From Alphaproteobacteria bacterium (GTDB lineage Bacteria > Pseudomonadota > Alphaproteobacteria > Micavibrionales > UBA2020), in NCBI GenBank assembly GCA_030682495.1, contig JAUXOC010000057.1:8170-72169 (forward strand): 64,000 bases of DNA, in the 5' to 3' direction. Position numbers and translations under genes: made by a program. Shown here piece by piece: positions 58,912 to 64,000 of the stretch; within the stretch, counting starts at the first letter, position 1; each line of letters starts with the position of its first letter. The notes under the pieces are model-generated. The model was not told the DNA's origin, searched no databases, and saw nothing but the letters and a program-made list of their open reading frames with translations.

Positions 58912-59832
58912 TCAAGGCTGCGGCACGTCTTTTGATTTACGTTTCCGCGCTGGCGGCGTACCAAAAATACGCGCGTTCTTTTTACCCTTCAGCGACCAAC
59001 GCGGATTTTTGGGCAGGTCGATCTTGCGCGCCTCCGGATAGGCGCGGGTAAAATCCGGATGCGGCGAAAATTTCTTCCACCTGCCTTCCGGCTGCGCCAG
59101 CCTGTCTATCACCACCGCAATCGTCAGCGGGTTGACCGTCATGCCCAGATGGCTGCCATAAACTTCGACGTTTTCGGCATGTTTCGCCTTCGGGTTCAGG
59201 CTGGCATCCCACTCCGCCACGCCGTCATTGCGTGAATAGACCGATGTGGTCGGCACAGGCGGCGGCGTCAGGCAGCGCGCGCCGATATCGGCCTGTGCAT
59301 CGTGCACGCTGTCGCGTGTAAAAAAACGGATGATCTTGTCGATCGGCAGGGGCGACGCCTGCGATGTATCCTCCATGCGGCCAAAAGGCGTACCCAGCGT
59401 CACCACGGCACGCACCATGTCCGGAAATTCGCGCGCCAATTCACGCGCATAAAGGCCGCCAAGGCTATAACCCACCAGCGAAACCTTGCGCCCGTCGTTT
59501 TCGGCATAAACTTCGTGAAGACGGCGCACGACATGCTCGGCTGTTTCCGCATCAAGGCCGAAGTTGAGGCCGCCTTCCCAGCTATAGGTTTTGAATCCGG
59601 CGCCGGCCACCCGCTCGCGCAGCGCCGACGTATAGCCATCGGTGGTCAGAAAGCCCGGAAAGAACAACACCGGATGCCCGTCGCCCGTCGGCAACCTGTC
59701 GCGCACATAAGGCCAGCCGATGTGCATGCCGCCCCATTCCACCGCCGCGCGCTGCGCTTCGGTGAGAATGTTGAAAAATTTGCGGAATCCTCCGGGCATG
59801 GGCGGCAGCCTTCTTTTGTTTGTGTCTTTCAT
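58912..59832 (-). CDS. Alpha/beta hydrolase, paralogue of 29088-29936
   Basis: GDGHPVLFFPGFL; GYSLGG; ARELAREFPD; PPPVPTT; SHLGM. Confidence 0.88.
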   Translation of the reverse strand: MKDTNKRRLPPMPGGFRKFFNILTEAQRAAVEWGGMHIGWPYVRDRLPTGDGHPVLFFPGFLTTDGYTSALRERVAGAGFKTYSWEGGLNFGLDAETAEHVVRRLHEVYAENDGRKVSLVGYSLGGLYARELAREFPDMVRAVVTLGTPFGRMEDTSQASPLPIDKIIRFFTRDSVHDAQADIGARCLTPPPVPTTSVYSRNDGVAEWDASLNPKAKHAENVEVYGSHLGMTVNPLTIAVVIDRLAQPEGRWKKFSPHPDFTRAYPEARKIDLPKNPRWSLKGKKNARIFGTPPARKRKSKDVPQP

Positions 59833-59868
59833 TGTGCGCCAAAAACAGACAGACCGCAACCGTGGCTG

Positions 59869-62800
59869 TTAATCGAGTATCGGCGCCAGCCAGCGCTCAG
59901 CCTCTGTAATGTCGATGCCGCGGCGGCGTGCATAGTCTTCCAGCTGGTCACGGCCGATATTATTGATACTGAGGTAATAGCTGTCCGGATGCGAAAAATA
60001 AAAACCGCTCACCGACGACGCCGGCCACATGGCAAGGCTTTCCGTCAGCGTGATGCCGGTGTTTTTTTCCGCATCCAGCAAATGCCAGAGCGTGATTTTT
60101 TGCGTATGGTCGGGGTTGGCGGGATAGCCTGGCGCAGGCCGGATGCCTTGATAATTTTCGGCAATAAGCCCGTCAACATCCAGCTCTTCATCCGCGGCAT
60201 AACCCCAAAATTCGCGGCGCACCCGCTCATGCAGGTACTCGGCGAAAGCCTCGGCAAAGCGGTCGGCAACCGCCTTGGCCATCATCGCGCCATAGGCGTC
60301 ATGCACCGCTTCATACTCCGCAACGATTTGCTCAAGCCCGTCGCCCGCCGTGACGGCGAAACATCCCAGATAGTCCGGAACACCGCTGCCTGTCGGCGCA
60401 ATAAAATCGGCAAGGCTGTAATTCGGCTTGCCGCCTTCGCGCACCAGCTGCTGCCGCAGACCGATGACACGGTCAAATTCCTGCGTGCGGGTTTCATCTG
60501 TATAGACGATAATATCCTCGCCCACCGATGCGGCCGGCAGCAAGGCCACAACGCCGCGCGGGCGAATACGCGGATCGGCCTTGAATTTCTCGATCATCTC
60601 TTGCGCATCTTTATAAATCTTTTTCGCCTCTTCGCCGATATTTTCATCGTCAAAGATTTTGGGGTATTTCATCATCAGACCCCAGGTATAGAAAAACGGT
60701 GACCAGTCGATATAAGGCCGCAGAACATCAAACGTCACATCGTCCAGCACATGCAGGCCGGGCTTTTTCGGCTTGGGCGGCGCATAGGATTTCCAATCGG
60801 GGCGGAAAGCATTTGCCCGTGCCGTTTCCAGCGAAATAAGTTTTTTATTCGGCCCGCGTGCGGCAAAACGTTCGCGCGTTTCGGCATATTTACGGTTGAT
60901 ACCGCCGAGATAATCCGGCTTTTGCGTCTCGCTCAGAAGCGCGCTGACGACACCGACGGCGCGCGACGCATCGGCGACGTAAATAACGCCATGGTCGTAA
61001 TGCGGCGCGATTTTAACAGCCGTATGCACTTCGGATGTGGTCGCCCCGCCAATCAGCAGCGGCACTGTAAAACCAAGGCGTTTCATTTCGGACGCCACAT
61101 GCGTCATTTCTTCGAGCGACGGGGTGATGAGGCCGGACAGGCCGATGATATCGACATTTTCATCGCGCGCGGTCTGCAAGATTTTCTCGCAAGGCACCAT
61201 GACGCCAAGGTCGATCACTTCATAGCCGTTACACTGAAAGACGATACCGACAATGTTTTTTCCGATGTCATGCACATCGCCCTTGACGGTTGCCATCAGG
61301 ATTTTACCCGCGCTTCTGGCTTTGCCGTCTTTTTCCGCTTCCATATAGGGCAGCAGATAGGCGACGGCTTTTTTCATCACGCGGGCGGATTTGACCACCT
61401 GCGGCAGGAACATTTTTCCCTCGCCAAACAGGTCGCCGACGATATTCATCCCCGACATCAAAGGACCTTCGATCACATCCAGCGCACGGCTGGAGGCCTG
61501 CCGCGCCGCTTCGGTATCTTCTTCGATAAAGGCGTCGATCCCCTTGACGAGAGAATGTTCCAGACGTTTTTCGACCGGCAGACTGCGCCAGACGTCATCG
61601 ACTTTTTCGGCAGTCTTGCCGTCGCTGCGGTATTTTTCGGCCAGCTTTAGCAAGTCTTCGGTCGCGCCCGCGCGGCGGTTCAGTACCACATCTTCGACCA
61701 CATCGCGCAGTTCACGGGGTATATCGTCGTAAATCGCCAGCTGCCCTGCGTTGACGATCCCCATATCCATACCCGCCTTTGTCGCGTGGTACAGAAAAAC
61801 CGCATGGATTGCTTCGCGCACTTCGTTATTGCCGCGCAGCGAGAAAGACACGTTGGAAACGCCGCCCGAGATCAGCACATGCGGCAGCGTTTTCTTGATG
61901 ATCCGCGTCGCTTCGATAAAGTTGAGGCCATAGGCGTCATGCTCTTCAATCCCCGTTGCAATCGCAAAGATGTTCGGATCGAAAATAATATCTTCGGCCG
62001 GAAAGCCCAGCCGCTCTGTCAAAATATTATAGGCGCGCGTACAAATCGACACTTTGCGCCCAATGGTATCCGCCTGCCCCTGTTCGTCAAAGGCCATCAC
62101 AACAACGGCGGCGCCATAACGCAGCGCCAGCTTTGCGTGGCGGATAAATTCCTCTTCACCTTCTTTCAGGCTGATGGAATTAATGACGCATTTTCCTTGC
62201 GCGCATTTCAGTCCGGCTTCGATCACGTCCCATTTCGAGGAGTCGATCATGATAGGAACCCGTGCGATATCCGGCTCGCCCGCAATCAAATTCATAAAAG
62301 TTGTCATGGCGGCCACGGAGTCGATCAAGCCTTCGTCCATGTTGATATCGATCATCTGCGCGCCGCTGTCGACCTGTTCGCGCGCCACGACCAGCGCGGC
62401 TTCAAATTGTCCGTCTTTGACAAGCTTGCGGAATTTGGCGGAGCCGGTGACATTGGTGCGCTCCCCCACGTTTACAAACAGGCTGTCCTCGTCGATGATA
62501 AAAGGCTCGAGCCCCGAGAGGCGGCAAGCGGGTTTGACCTCGGGCGGTTTGCGCGGCGGCCTGCCCTTGACCGCTTCGGCAAAAACGCGGATATGTGCCG
62601 GAGTCGTACCGCAGCAGCCGCCGATAATGTTCAGAAAGCTGCGGTCTGCCCATTCGCGCATCTCGGCAATCATCTGCTCCGGCGTTTCGTCATAACCGCC
62701 AAAAGCATTCGGCAAACCTGCATTGGGATAGGCACAGACGCAGGTATCGGCGATGTTTGAAAGTGTTTCGACATAGGGACGCAGTTCTTTGGGCCCCAGC

Positions 62801-63543
62801 GCGCAGTTCAGGCCGATGGCGACAGGCCGTGCATGGCGCAGCGAATGCCAGAAAGCTTCCGTCGTCTGTCCCGACAGCGTACGACCAGAAGCATCGGTAA
62901 TGGTGCCGGAGATAATCAGCGGCAGGCGCATATTCCGCTCGTCGCAGAATTTTTCTACGGCAAAGACCGCGGCCTTGGCATTCAGCGTATCGAAAACGGT
63001 TTCGATCATCAAAATATCCGCACCGCCCGCGACCAGCCCGTCGATCGCTTCGAAATAGGCTTCGACCAGCTGGTCAAACGTCACATTGCGCGCGCTGGGG
63101 TTGGACACATCGGGCGAGATCGAGGCCGTGCGGTTGGTCGGGCCGATACTGCCTGCAACAAAACGTGGCTTGTCCGGCGTCTTGGCGGCATCGGCGGCGC
63201 GGCGCGCCAGCGCGGCGGCTTCGCGGTTAAGCTCGAACGCAAGGTCTTCCATGCCGTAATCGGCCAGTGAGATGCGGTTTGCATTAAAAGTATTGGTCTG
63301 GATAATATCCGCACCGGCATCCAGATAGGCCGTGTGAATTTCTTCGATGACGTGCGGGCGGGTCAGGCAGAGCAGATCGTTATTGCCCTTGAGGTCGCGT
63401 GGCCAGTCGGCAAAACGCGCGCCGCGATATTCCGCCTCGGTCAGGTTATAGCTCTGGATCATCGTGCCCATCGCGCCATCCAGCACCAGAATACGCTCTT
63501 GCAGCGCGTGGTCGAAGACAGTCTTGCGAAGGGGGGCGATCAT
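59869..63543 (-). CDS. metH: Cobalamin-dependent methionine synthase
   Basis: LDGAMGT; LNCALG; GGCCGTT; [10 protein letters not shown]; B12 motif [12 protein letters not shown]; RPAPGYPA. The start could be 63600. Confidence 0.97.
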   Translation of the reverse strand: MIAPLRKTVFDHALQERILVLDGAMGTMIQSYNLTEAEYRGARFADWPRDLKGNNDLLCLTRPHVIEEIHTAYLDAGADIIQTNTFNANRISLADYGMEDLAFELNREAAALARRAADAAKTPDKPRFVAGSIGPTNRTASISPDVSNPSARNVTFDQLVEAYFEAIDGLVAGGADILMIETVFDTLNAKAAVFAVEKFCDERNMRLPLIISGTITDASGRTLSGQTTEAFWHSLRHARPVAIGLNCALGPKELRPYVETLSNIADTCVCAYPNAGLPNAFGGYDETPEQMIAEMREWADRSFLNIIGGCCGTTPAHIRVFAEAVKGRPPRKPPEVKPACRLSGLEPFIIDEDSLFVNVGERTNVTGSAKFRKLVKDGQFEAALVVAREQVDSGAQMIDINMDEGLIDSVAAMTTFMNLIAGEPDIARVPIMIDSSKWDVIEAGLKCAQGKCVINSISLKEGEEEFIRHAKLALRYGAAVVVMAFDEQGQADTIGRKVSICTRAYNILTERLGFPAEDIIFDPNIFAIATGIEEHDAYGLNFIEATRIIKKTLPHVLISGGVSNVSFSLRGNNEVREAIHAVFLYHATKAGMDMGIVNAGQLAIYDDIPRELRDVVEDVVLNRRAGATEDLLKLAEKYRSDGKTAEKVDDVWRSLPVEKRLEHSLVKGIDAFIEEDTEAARQASSRALDVIEGPLMSGMNIVGDLFGEGKMFLPQVVKSARVMKKAVAYLLPYMEAEKDGKARSAGKILMATVKGDVHDIGKNIVGIVFQCNGYEVIDLGVMVPCEKILQTARDENVDIIGLSGLITPSLEEMTHVASEMKRLGFTVPLLIGGATTSEVHTAVKIAPHYDHGVIYVADASRAVGVVSALLSETQKPDYLGGINRKYAETRERFAARGPNKKLISLETARANAFRPDWKSYAPPKPKKPGLHVLDDVTFDVLRPYIDWSPFFYTWGLMMKYPKIFDDENIGEEAKKIYKDAQEMIEKFKADPRIRPRGVVALLPAASVGEDIIVYTDETRTQEFDRVIGLRQQLVREGGKPNYSLADFIAPTGSGVPDYLGCFAVTAGDGLEQIVAEYEAVHDAYGAMMAKAVADRFAEAFAEYLHERVRREFWGYAADEELDVDGLIAENYQGIRPAPGYPANPDHTQKITLWHLLDAEKNTGITLTESLAMWPASSVSGFYFSHPDSYYLSINNIGRDQLEDYARRRGIDITEAERWLAPILD

Positions 63544-63632
63544 ACGGGCTTTCCTGTTGGCGGCTTGGTTAAAAAGCGTTACGGTTGTAACATGAGACAT
63601 GTCCTTTTTACAGCCAAATAAGGGAAAACACC

Positions 63633-64000
63633 ATGAATGCCCGCCCCGATGATGAGAAATTCATGCGCCGCGCCTATCTGCAGGCGCACAAGGGCTATAG
63701 CGATGGCGGCTGCCCTATCGGCGCGGTGCTGGTCGCTGGCCCCAGCGGTGCTGTTCTCGGCGAAGGGCACAATATGCTGGTACAGGAGGGCAACCCGATT
63801 TTGCACGGCGAGATGTCTGCCCTGCGCGCCGCAGGCCGCATGAAGAACCGGCACGAGAGCGTCCTTTATACCACGCTGCAACCCTGTTTTATGTGCGCAG
63901 GCACGATTGCACAATTCGGCATCCCCCGCGTGGTGATTGGCGATACCGCCAATGCGGGCAGCGATGAAACGATTGTCTTTTTACGCGCAAGGGGGGTAGA
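63633..64000 (+). CDS. Nucleoside/cytosine deaminase (partial, runs off the window)
   Basis: Manual translation [47 protein letters not shown], with the Zn motifs HxE and PCxxC. Confidence 0.9.
   Translation, partial: MNARPDDEKFMRRAYLQAHKGYSDGGCPIGAVLVAGPSGAVLGEGHNMLVQEGNPILHGEMSALRAAGRMKNRHESVLYTTLQPCFMCAGTIAQFGIPRVVIGDTANAGSDETIVFLRARGV

Noticed and set aside
63544-63632. Cobalamin or SAM riboswitch upstream of metH
   Set aside because: The gap to the divergent deaminase is under 100 bp and no riboswitch consensus is visible.

Overview
High-GC alphaproteobacterial chromosome segment. The gene content and order (tlpA-lysA-TIGR02302, hdaA-AI-2E-DUF2066, udg-ETF-QO-TPR-ispE) are alphaproteobacterial, and the style of the orphan proteins suggests a Micavibrio-like lineage (inference, not verified). 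Most of the window is housekeeping: rluD, lysA, pfkA, hdaA, ndk, alaS, a lytic transglycosylase, family-4 UDG, ETF-QO, ispE, ldh and metH. It also carries a Zur-boxed ABC operon, a general-stress cluster and many orphan hydrolases. Two visibly AT-richer inserts stand out: a PIN/excisionase-HTH toxin-antitoxin pair (27.9-29.1 kb) and a decayed integrative island at tRNA-Gln(TTG) (35.4-41.85 kb). The island's recombinase and ParB genes are broken, but its putative defence cargo looks intact: a PLD nuclease fused to a PUA/EVE-like domain, and a two-gene cassette of a soluble DUF6731/RexA-like protein plus a 4-TM protein. The best candidates for undescribed biology are that cassette, the PLD fusion, and a recurrent Lys/Pro-rich C-terminal tail (often ending P-x-P) on many orphan proteins, which looks like an export signal. 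All family assignments come from motif recognition by eye; no database search was run.
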